Positions 48,325 through 59,746 of a stretch of 64,000 nt of DNA are shown here, one piece after another. The position numbers were made by a program, and so were the translations under genes. The number at the start of each line of letters is the position of its first letter. Within the stretch, counting starts at the first letter, position 1. Source of the stretch: Tubulanus polymorphus (lineage: Eukaryota; Animalia; Nemertea); NCBI RefSeq assembly GCF_964204645.1, contig NC_134025.1:11656001-11720000 (forward strand), written 5' to 3'. Under the pieces are notes generated by a model, which saw nothing but the letters and a program-made list of their open reading frames with translations, was not told the DNA's origin and searched no databases.

Positions 48325-50186
48325 ATGGCGGGAAAAAAGAAATTATACGCCGTAGCAAGAGGTCGAAAACTCGGAACCTTCGAAGACTGGGATGCATGCA
48401 AAGAGGTAACCGAAGGTTATTCTAATGTTCTACACTATAGCTTTGCAAACATAATCGATGCCGCAAGATTTTTGGTCAAGAATGGCGTGGCTGATATTTA
48501 TGTCTACCATGCGAATGCTAAGAAACCTGCAATGACTCTTGCGGAATACTGCGATCAAATGGGCATTGACACTCCTGAAGGTGTACCAATCGTTGTCTCA
48601 CCCAATGATTGCGAATCTGACAGTGATCTCAGTGAAAATGAGTATACTGATGCCGACGAATCGGATCCTGCGATGTCCATTGAAATATGTTGACAGTCCA
48701 AAACCAACCTCTCCGTCCATTCATGTGCAAACTGACACCTCGACACTGATAAAACTGTCTAATGCGAGTACGTGTACAGATACACGGAGTAGCAGTGCCG
48801 ACGATGCCCTCGTTTCGGTGCTGCACGAAATGAACAATAAACTGTTAGGGCTATGTAGTTTCCAGGATGCGATCCGAAACGTAGAAAGCAAGCTTATGGG
48901 TCGACTCAAAAAATCAAACAATGATTTGTTCTGTAGTAAACTGGAAACCGTACGGTAGAGACACTAGCTGAAAGTAATGAAAAAATAAACCGATTGATGG
49001 ACGATCTTAAGTCTAAAGATATTCAGCTTGCGGCTCAGGATAGAGACCTGCAATCCCTCCGTGAACCATCTGCTTCTTGTCAAGCTTGTGGAGAACTCAA
49101 GCTGCAATGTTCGAAACAAGAAAGCAAAATACGATCCCTTAACGGCGAGATAAACACTTTACGCAGTGTTAACCGCGATCTCAAAAATGAGATTGAGACA
49201 CTTACCAACGCACATACGGCTTTCGTGAAATCGCTTGAATACACAGAAAGCATGCTCGAAAAAAAGAACGAAGAATTAGAGCGTATCCAATCCAGACTCG
49301 ACGTAGCTCTGGATGAATTGCGACAACTTCAACGGACACAGTCAAGAACGCCGGAAAACACTCGCACCTCAAACCGATTCAGCGTTCTCAATGTAGATGC
49401 TGAGAAAATTTCAAGGACCTCGAAAGGTCCAGCGAATAGTTTAGATAATTCGACGCGAGACGCAACTGCCAACAACACCTTCGATGTGGATTTACTGGTC
49501 ATCGGAAACTCCCATGTAAGCCGACTAGACCCCGCCAAGATGTACCGTAACACAACAACCAGGATCATTCCTCTGAAGGAAAAGACCATCAGAGGCGCAT
49601 CTGATTTCGTGAACACGAACAATCTCTCTCCGCGCGTAGTTGTACTGCACGTTGCAGATACTGATCTCGTGAACGACAACGTTCAAAATTGCGTAGATAA
49701 GACCCGTGATCTTATCACTCAGTGCAAGAACAAGTACACTGATTGTCGTGTGGTTATATCATTACCACTGCCGCGTAAACTTAAAACTCGTCCGCAGACA
49801 GAATCGTACGAAGCGAAACGTTCACAATTTGGCTCACTGATAGCCTCCGCATGTGACCATATATACTGTTATTAATTATTCCATGATAACTATTATACCT
49901 TGGATGGAGTTCATTTGAATCGTTCGGGCACATGAATCTCGTGAAAAACATTAAGCAAATCGTCAACCCGTTGATTGGATTAACACCGTATAGCGAGTAC
50001 AGCGCTGGTACTAAAATGTCTTCAGGAAGACCGAATAGCGTGCACCGTCCCACAAACTCGCGTGATTTCACACAGCCGCGGAAAAGTTTCCACACAAGAA
50101 ACCAACGATCATCGAACCAGTCACGAGTACAGATCAAAGAAAATGTATTATCCATGTTAACAGATCTACTTGTTCCTAAATATTGA
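48325..50186 (+). pseudogene. LINE ORF1: RNase H1 hybrid-binding-like domain, coiled coil, SGNH esterase-like domain; frameshifted
   Basis: KLYAVARGRKLGTFEDWDACKEVTEGYSNVLHYSF; heptad-rich 48994-49335; TSNRFSVL; LLVIGNSH (block I) and LDGVHLNRSGT (block V, ~49905-49932). Confidence 0.8.
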
Positions 50187-50413
50187 TGTATAAGTATAAA
50201 CACATTGTATTCTCTGTTGATATTTTTCCTAATTATAATACTGATTCTGTAGTTAGATAACTGTATGCTGCTGATTGTGGTCCACACTGAACCACACTAT
50301 ATTATATTATTATCTCCGGGTAAGACTCTCTAGAATAGGTACTGTAATACTTAGGGTGTCAACACTATGTCGCCAAACTTTTGTTATGTTTTTTTTTTCG
50401 TTGATAGTTCATT

Positions 50414-53400
50414 ATGCCATCCAATGTTTTTCTAAATAAGTTAGATGTGGGCTATTGGAACATCGATGGAATTTTCAGTGTTGTAGATAAACATCGTGTG
50501 TGTAAATTAGATTTCGATGATGTTCGTAAAACCATAGATAAGTATGACATAATCAGTCTCTCAGAAACCCACTGTAGTGAAAAAGATCAATTAGATTTAC
50601 CAGGGTATAAGATAATTCAACTAACTAGGAAAAGGAGCTCAAATGCTACTAAAAACTATGGGGGTTTAGCTATATGCATAAAACTACCCATTTTCCGTGG
50701 AGTCAAATTATTATCAACTAATTCCTCGGAATATACTTGGCTGAAACTTGAAGTCATTTTTTAACCTTGAAAACGACCTTTACCTAGCAATTGTATATAT
50801 TAGCCCTGAATCATCACCTTTCAGTAAAAAAGGGGATGATATTTTTGAACTACTAGAGACTGATCTAGCACGGTATACCTCCTTGGGCCAGTGCATTGTG
50901 TTCGGGGACTTTAACGCAAGGACCAATGTGGCACCGGATTACTGTCCTAATGACCTATCCCCCAATACCGGCCTCTTATTTGAGAGAGACTGCCCTCTTG
51001 CCAGGAACAACCTAGACAAGAGCCTGACGAATAATCACGGTAAAAAAAATTGTTATCACTGTGCCAGTCCTCCAATATGAGGATTCTGAATGGCCGTACT
51101 CTTGGAGACACACTCGGGCACCATACCTGCTACAGTCATACTGGTAAACCAAGCGTTATTGATTATTGTCTTACTTCTGTAAATATGTTGAAATATAAAT
51201 ACATTTCGTGTTCATGACCCGCTTCCGATGTCAATACACTGTGCTCTAATAACAACTCTAGATACTGGAATGTTTAAACCAGAAATACCTGTAAAACCCC
51301 CCTGTAACAGACACAATCCCTTTGTCTGGTCAGCAGGTGACAATGAGAGATTCTTTGAAGCGCTCAATTCTAGGGATACAACTAAACGCATAAACTCGAT
51401 TATAAACTCTGAACTTAGTGTAGACGAATCAATTGAATCCTTGAATAAACGAAAAAGTCTGCTAACGAAGCAGGAGTTAAGCGCAAATTAAGAACCAAGA
51501 AAAACCTCTCTGTGCGCAGTCAAAAAGAGGAAAGAAACAAAAATTGGTTTGACCTTGACTGCAAAAAGGCTCAGAGGGACCTTAGGAATCTCGGTAGTCT
51601 ACTTCGTAAGAATCCATATAACATTTCTCTACTTATGAAAATAATGAAAAGATCTTCAATGAACTTAACTTTGCTATATCTTTTAAAGAAATTAATACAG
51701 CTATCCTGAGTCTTAAAACTGGCAAAGCAGCTGGCCCTGGTCACATTCTGAATGAAATGATCAAGACAGGTCACTCACTTCTTCTAAATATCCTACACAA
51801 AATTTTTAACAATATCTTATCCACTAGTTTTTTCCCACAGGCTTGGAGACACAACATTATGACCCCCCTGCACAAGAAAGGTGACAGGCATGACTCAAAA
51901 AATTACAGGGGTATAGCAGTTGGCAGCAACTTGTGTAAGCTTTTCTGTCCGGTTCTACGTAATAGACTTGATAAATTTGTATCTGTAAACAATATTGTAC
52001 CTAAATGTCAAATTGGCTACATAGCTGGCCACCGTACTTCAGACCACATTCTTACCCTTAAGTGTGCAATTGACAAATATGTGAACAAGGCTTCAAAACA
52101 ACAACTATACTGTTGTTTTGTAGACTTCAAAGCTGCTTTTGATTCGATTCCTTGCAATGCCCTTATATATAAACTGCTGACAATGAATATTGGTGGAAAC
52201 CTGCTATCGTTACTTCGTAACATGTATACCTAAGTATGGTACTCTGTCAAAAGCAATGGTTGTTGTTCAGAACCTATCATTTCAACTGTTGGGGTTAAAC
52301 AGGGGTGCGTGTTGAGTCCTTTATTATTTAACATTTTTACCAGCGACCTACCGGGTATTTTTAACGATTGTGATCCTGTTAAGATGCACGACATACCACT
52401 GTCGTGTCTAATGTACGTTGATGATCTTGTAATCCTTTCCACCTCATCCTCTGGACTCAAAAAAGCTCTTGACCGACTCCAAAAATATTGTCATTAATGG
52501 GGTCTATCAGTCAACTTGAAGAAAACCATAATCATTATATTTAACAGAGGTGGAAAACTGATTACCAGAAACAAATTTGTCTATAACCATCAAGAAATTA
52601 ATTGTGTCAAATCATATTGCTACCTCGGTATTGTGTTTTCTGCATCTGGAAATTTTAAGGATGCCTGTAGCAGACTTATCACCCAGGCTTATAAAGCGTT
52701 CTTCAACCTCAGAACAATCAACATCAGAGAAAACATTGGACAAGCTTACAAACTTTTCGACTGTCTTGTCCTCCCCATTTTACGCTATTGTTCTGAGGTT
52801 TGGAGCCCTCTAGATATAAACTGTAAAACAGTCTGCAACTTGAATCAATTATGTGATTCAAGTCCAGTCGATAAACTTGAAATTAAGTTTGCTAAATACC
52901 TTTTGAGCGTTGGTAGGAAATCCACTAATTTAACAGTCAGAGGTGAACTTGGACAATTCCCTCTTCTTTTCACTTTTTTAAGCCAATCTGTTAAGTACTG
53001 GCTACATATTTGTAAATTAGACTGTAACTCCATGGTCAAAAAAGCCTATCTGGACAACTTAAAACTAAATGACCAGGTAAACTCATGGCCCAAGTCTATG
53101 AAAACTCGTTTGTATCATGTACATCTTGATCATTTATGGGAAAATCAGGGCACTAAAACACCAGCTCGAGATATTAGAATTCTCATTAGAACTCTCTGTA
53201 ACTGGTACATATGTGAATGGCTATCGAAGATTAATGATTCTGATGCAAACCCTAAGCTACGCACCTTTAAATTATTTAAGACCCACTTCGGAGCTGAAAA
53301 TTATTTACGCTGTTCAAACTCTGCCACCCGTAGGAACTTCTCAAAATTACGCATTAGTGCCCACTCGCTCCGTATTGAAACTGGCCGATATCAATATCCG

Positions 53401-53665
53401 AAACTACCCGCAGAAAAAAAGACACGTCAGATCTGCCAATCTGGCGAAGTAGAGTCGGAATTCCACTTCGTCATGGAATGTGCGGTTTACGGTGATCTAC
53501 GTGCTAAATGTTTTTTCAAAATTATCAAAATTTACTGATTTCCTGGACCTTTCGGAAGATACTCAATTTCAATTTATTATGTCTTACGGTCGTGGTGACA
53601 CAGACATTTTTCCTATAATTAATACATTTATAAATAATATCTTCATTAAACGTGTTAGAAATTAG
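50414..53665 (+). pseudogene. LINE ORF2: AP endonuclease and reverse transcriptase, multiple frameshifts and stops
   Basis: WNIDG, LSETH, GDFNART; NYRGI, FVDFKAAFDSI, GVKQGCVLSPLLFNIF, YVDDLV; C-terminal KLRISAHSLRIETGRY...C...ESEFHFVMEC. Confidence 0.93.
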
Positions 53666-54422
53666 CTTTAATTTATAATTAGATTATTAAAAGATTTTGT
53701 CATATAAGAAATTATTCATTAGCTATGGTTTTTTGTATTTGTTATGATTTGTAATTTCATACTTTCTTTGTGTTTTTTTACACTCTGCAAGTTTTGATAT
53801 GGATTATAGATTTATGCGTAGGCGAATGCCTTGTATCATGCCTTAACGGCTCAGTAACTTTCGGCTTATATAATGTTTGATCAGAAATCTGTGTATTCAG
53901 CGTCAGCTCTACCTACATGTCGCACAGTGAACATGAAATTGTGAGTAGCCTGTCTTTAAATATGAATATATCAATTATTTCAAATGCTATAATTTGTGGT
54001 ACATGATGTAAAAATGAGCGTAATTATTGTTGCTGTAATGTTTGTTTGTTTATTCTTTGTAGCAAACCATATGAAAACATAATAAATAATGTGTTTGAAA
54101 CGTTCGCCGTAGTTGATTTAGATCGTTACCAGTCGCCGGTCAGCCAAGGCACGACAAAACGGGAATCGCTCGAGTCGTGAACGTGTAAAGTTCCATTTTT
54201 TCATTACTTGTAAATCGTATTTTTGTTACATATGTTTTGTTTTTTCTTTTTTTTCTCTCTTTCTTCTCTTTTTCAACTGGTCTCTCTTGTTTGTAACTGT
54301 GATTGTAACATGTTCACTTTATTGTTGTATATCCGATGTTGTAATGTTTCGACAAGGATCAATAAATTATGAATTGAATTGAAATTGAGTGTCCTATTCT
54401 AATAAAATACCAAATGACATGA

Positions 54423-54772
54423 GGCGTTTTTATTTAAGCAACTCGTATAAAATCGCTTTGCTCTGTCGATTACTGCCACGTGGCACAAATCGAATCGCCT
54501 TAAATAAATGACCCTACTCACCACAACTGGAATTTTCTGCGATTGAAAAAGCCGCCATTTTGTTTTTGATCTATCACCGAACGCTCCACACGCACAGTCG
54601 TAGCAAAATCGAATCAAAGCGCTTCGATGAGCGATTTGGTTGCGTTGGGTACTCGCGTTGGCGATTTGGTTAATTAATAAATGGACGTTGTAGGCAAATC
54701 GCTGTAGGCGCGTTGCTTAAATAAATGGGCGATTCGATCCGTGTTGATTCGAGTTGCTTAAATAAAAACGCC
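54423..54772. mobile_element. MITE specific to copy B
   Basis: 23-bp perfect TIRs ggcgtttttatttaagcaactcg / cgagttgcttaaataaaaacgcc; empty site near 19873. Confidence 0.85.
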
Positions 54773-55634
54773 TATAGTAGTAGATACGTAGCACTACATA
54801 AAGTGCTATCATATCATTTTTTATTCGAAACGAGCGGGAGTTAGTCATTTCGGCAAATTGTTTCTATTCTCGTTTAGTTCTCGTACTTATGCGGCGGCGA
54901 GTCTTATCGCGGGCGTGTCGCTGTTATAGACGGCAGCACTGTCTGGTCTAGAAATTCCGCATTGACACATCCGCATCGACCGATATCCAAGTAATTGCAG
55001 CGGTGTGAACATTTATTTGAAAGTCCCTCGAAGTGTCATCTTAGGTTTGTTGATTTGTTTTAATCGCGTTGTATAAAGCTTGCAAGTGGTGCTTGTATTT
55101 CTGACTGTCATGTTTCGTGAACTAGCCCACAGGGAAAGTCACAGGGGCTCGTATCAGTGTTGTAGGTAATGTGAAAACGATAATCTGTTAATCCAATGTA
55201 TATAGTATGTATAAAATAACAAGGGGGCTAACGACGCTCACAAACTACTCAACTTCAGTCGCTTACTATTTCGTTATTTCTCATCCGATTTTGATAATCC
55301 AGGCATGATATAAAAGCTAATAGCTTCCTGCTTCTAACGAAACTAATCCTGTTAACTTCCGATGAATAGTTCGTGAATTATATGTCTTTGAACGCGAAAT
55401 TCAGACCGAAATCGCCTGGACCGAAAATGCTATGACGCCGGTTTTCGTCGATTTCGAAATTTCAAACGTTGAGTTCGACGCGAAATCCTTCACCGATATT
55501 CATATGTTGCAGTTCAATGTAATTTAGATGATGAATTTAGAAAATTCAATCCTAATGAAAAGGTGTATTGTGATTGTGGAGGTAAATATTTAAGATCACA
55601 TAAATCAAAACATTATCAAACAGTTAAACATATC

Positions 55635-56076
55635 CATAGAACTATAACGGAAGGGAAGGCCGACTCCTTATAAATCCGCTAGGCACCGCTAGTAATCTTG
55701 TGTTTATTTGCAGCGCAATCACCGGTGGCGATACGCGTCAACTGCATTCCAGCGCTAGATCTATGTGCTTTGTCTTCGACTATAGCTAATTTGTACTTTA
55801 AAATGCCTAAGGGTGGTCGCAACTGCTGTATTCCTGGATGTTCTAACTATTATGAAAAAACAAAGGGTGAAGGGATCGGATATGTCGCATTTCCGAAGCG
55901 GGGTATTGACGAAGAAACCAACAAGTGGAGAGCTCAGCTGATCGCGGTTGTCAACAGGGCCGATAAAAATTTCAATCCAAATGTTCAGCATATATGCACT
56001 TATCATTTTGAAAAAAAGTGTTTGCTTTTTCACGGTAGGTCTATAAAATAGCGATGTCCTCCGTTATAGTTCTATG
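55635..56076 (+). mobile_element. Internally deleted P element retaining the THAP exon
   Basis: 17-bp TIRs CATAGAACTATAACGGA / TCCGTTATAGTTCTATG; 7-bp TSD acatat(c/t); empty site near 23340-23346 on the minus strand. Confidence 0.88.
55803..56051 (+). CDS. THAP zinc-finger domain (P transposase first exon)
   Basis: MPKGGRNCCIPGC...FPK...R...ICTYHF C2CH pattern; donor G|GTAGGT at 56034, or read-through to the stop at 56051. Confidence 0.8.
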   Translation: MPKGGRNCCIPGCSNYYEKTKGEGIGYVAFPKRGIDEETNKWRAQLIAVVNRADKNFNPNVQHICTYHFEKKCLLFHGRSIK

Positions 56077-56287
56077 ACATATTGAATATGAAAAGAATAA
56101 TAAATATATATTGAAATAAGATCAAGCCGTATGTTTCAAATATATAGTAGTTAAAGCATTGAGAAATTAGTTAATGAATTACTGTTAGGTAGTAATTTTA
56201 ATTGTTATTTGATTTGAAACATATAAAAGTTTAATATTTCTAAAATATTAAATATTTATCAATTTATTAATTTTTTTTCTTAAATAA

Positions 56288-56566
56288 ATGGATGGTTTCA
56301 TTCCAACCGGAAGTAGTGATTTGAAACATTATTTAGTTGCTGGAGGTTTAATATTGGCTGCACTTTACTTTTACTTTGAAAATATCAGTAAAGATTTGAT
56401 GAATGAAAATATGAAATTGAGAAAGAAATTAAAGAAGTTAAATGGAAATAATAATAAAAATAATCATAAAAAAGTTAATACACTTATACCCATTCTAAAT
56501 TCTATAATATTTCAAATAATTATTTTATTTTATTTTATAAATTTATATTCAGTGTTAGATTGTTAA
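56288..56566 (+). CDS. AT-rich virus-like small ORF, second copy
   Basis: Differs from 22263-22541 at three residues. Confidence 0.45.
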   Translation: MDGFIPTGSSDLKHYLVAGGLILAALYFYFENISKDLMNENMKLRKKLKKLNGNNNKNNHKKVNTLIPILNSIIFQIIILFYFINLYSVLDC

Positions 56567-59500
56567 ACTGTTTAAGTATCAAATTGAGTAGATTGTACAT
56601 TCATAAACTAAATGATAGAATAAGAAATTAGACTGTTAAATTAGCTAAAAATGTAAAATACATTAGTTGAAAATATAAAATATATTGGCTGAAATATTAG
56701 TTAATTAAAAAGGGGGTTTTAAGTAATAAGGTATCTAAAACTTATCAAATACGAATCAAATACAAATTATGCTTTATTTCTGAAATATTGAAGTCTCATA
56801 AGTAATTTATTCATATATGATATTAGTAGTATCTTTACGCAGCATTAGAATAATATGAGTGATACTAAGTTAGTTGGTTTATTGTTTTTCTAGTATTATT
56901 TTAGTCAAATGTAAAGAAACTTAAAGTAAACAAGAATTAATAAAAAAAACATTAGAATTATAATAACTTTCTTTAACCAATACTAGCATATTCAATTCTA
57001 ATGTTTTTCTAGTTGAATCTATTTAAAAAATTATTTAACCCAGTTAGCAAATAGAAACAATAACTAGTATCATTGTAAAGATAAATAACATATTCTAGTG
57101 CTTTGTAAAGAATATGATATTTATCTGGCAGATTCATAGAATTACTATAAAAATAAATATATATTTGAATATAATTTATACCTTTCCAGTGTTGAAGTAT
57201 AGAATATATTGATAGAAAATATAAATTATATAAGCTGAAAATATAAAATATATTAGTTAAAAAATATGAATATGAAAGAATTTAGAATGTGTATAAGTGT
57301 ACGAGTGTACGAATGGTACGAGTTCTTCCAATTCTTCCTATTCGTACACTCATACACTTATAAATATTAAATTGAGTAGATTGTGTATTCATAAATTAAG
57401 AATAAGACTGTTAAATTGGTTGAAAATATAAAAATATTAGCTGAAATATGTTTAAAAAAGGGGGTTTTAGGTATAAATGTATTCAATACGTATTAATACA
57501 TATTTAATTTATTTCCTCTGTGAAATTTAAATTATTATATTGCTAGACCCTCGGGAAACTGGCTGTGTTACCCAGCCTCTAACGGTCCAGCGGACCCGAA
57601 CATCCAAACATATAACTTATTCAGTTTTATTTCTACTGTGAATATTAAAACTACATACTAATGTATACATATTGCTATACCCTCATGGAACTGGCTGTGT
57701 TGCCCAGCCTCTAACGGTCCAGCGGACCCTAACACCTAAACAAACCAGTGGCGTAATGACTCACCACACCAGTGGTTGTAGTGAACACATATATTTGCGA
57801 CTTCATTATCTGTCACGCATGGTTAGAGGTCATTTTTGCGACGTTAATTTACGTCACAAGTGGTAATGAAGAGGTTAAAAGCTAATCACCACCTAGTCAG
57901 TAACCTGTCTGTGGTTTAGTTTCACGATTGGATATGTTGGTATAAAAAGCCCATCCGATTATAAAAGGCTTACCACCAACGATTAGGTAACTAACTAACC
58001 ACCACCAACATTTAAGTTACTCCAGCAAGTAGTATGCCTAGTGACTAATTGGGCCATAGGCCTAATGGATTTTCTACCTGATTTTCTATTTGAAAACAAA
58101 TTTTCTATTTGTTTTGGCGCTATAAAAAAATGATGCTTTTATTTTGCGAGTCAAGAAAACAAATATTTAGTGCGAGAAAACAAATTTTGATTTGTTTTGG
58201 TTAGGTTGAGAAGAGCGGTGCGATGCAGATTAGAGCAATTCTATATCCGACTGCCAATGGAAACGTGTTGTAGTAGCCTTAGCCAGGGCTGCCATTCTGT
58301 GAAATGTATTTGTACTATCAGTAACAAATCGAATGTTTTTCAGTAACATTTCATTGAAATATGAAAGAAAATGTTCAAATTAATGAGTAATCAACAGTAA
58401 GACTCTCAGTAACATTTTTCATATTTCTGTATGCATCAAATAAAAAAAATCATTATTTCTCAATACAAAATAGTAGACCCAACAAATACTGAAAATCAGG
58501 AACAGTTGGCAGCTCTGCTTTAGCGTGTTCATTGCATATAAGAATGGCAGACAGCTTGCATCTTTGTAGATTCACACTTTTGACATCAACATTACATGTA
58601 CATATCTACATAGACTAGAATGATGTGGAGAAATGAAATCTGATTAGGGGCAGTCCATAAAATAAAAGACTTCCACACAAGATAACAAAAATTTTACCCC
58701 ATGTCCACAGAATGTTTACTTTGCACTAACCCTTGTCCATCAAACAAAAAAAAACAATTAAGGATATCGGATATCCAGATTTAACAAGGATGTTCATGAC
58801 AACCTCCCTCCCCTTGCCGACGAAATTCAAAATTTCACAAGCTCCCCTCCCCACTCGACCTTGGACATCTTTTATTGACAGCTCCTATAGATAATACTTC
58901 ATTAGCCGAAACAAAATTTGTAAAAAAATAATTGTATCCTTCTCAATAATAATTCCAGACAATCGTCATAAGAACACAAATGCCATAACAATTCCATATG
59001 TCTCATTCAATAGATTGATTTTAAGTCAGCTAGGCTGCCATCGCATCACTTATCATAATGACAAACATGTGTATCATGTCAGTTGGTAGTCAGATGTTCA
59101 ACAACTGACCTGACCTTGTATCGTAATGACATGCCTGCACTATATTCTCGACCTCACCAAATTCAGTCTCGAGAAATCAAATATTCAGAGAGAGAAAACA
59201 AACTTGTTTTCTTGCTATCGTACGGAATTTCTTCCACAGTGTTTGCCCTTGAATCAGTCACAATAGCCAGCGCAATGCGAACTTGAAGTAATCATCATTG
59301 CAACTTAATAAGTGGAGAACGCAGATAGCCTAGGTTACCCATAAAAGATGTCCCGTTGATGATCACCCGCTTGATCACCTGCTTGAAGGAGGATGTCCAT
59401 AACAACACCCCCTAATTCCCCTTGTCCACTAGTCCAAATTTCACTAAACCCCCACTGGATATCTTTTATTGACAGACTATAAGTCTTATAGCGAGAAATC

Positions 59501-59746
59501 ATATATTCAGAAGAAGAAAACGAAATTGGTTTCTCGTTGCCGTACAGAATTTGTTTACTCGGTTTTTGCCCTTGAATCAGCCACAATAGCCAGCTCGATA
59601 CACAGTTTTCGCCCTCAAATCTGCCACAATAACCAGCACAACATATGTTTAACGGATGACATTGATTTTTCGGGGCCTAGCTATGGCTTGTTACTAATGA
59701 ATATGCTCCCTTCATTTTCCAGGTCCGAATTACGCAGCTGAACTGA

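Larger units (their letters stand above)
48088..54388 (+). mobile_element. Near-full-length decayed LINE (RTEX/CR1-L2-type architecture)
   Basis: 5' CAAGATGGCGGC (YY1-like), ORF1, ORF2 (APE+RT), T-rich 3' region, AATAAA and (GAATT)n tail at 54361-54388. The 3' end is uncertain and no TSD was found. Confidence 0.88.

Noticed and set aside
48555-53039. Minus-strand ORFs across the LINE
   Set aside because: Antisense shadows of ORF1 and ORF2.
55126-55152. gaaagtc...acaggggctc resembling RNase MRP conserved motifs
   Set aside because: The motifs are adjacent rather than separated by the RNA body; likely coincidence.
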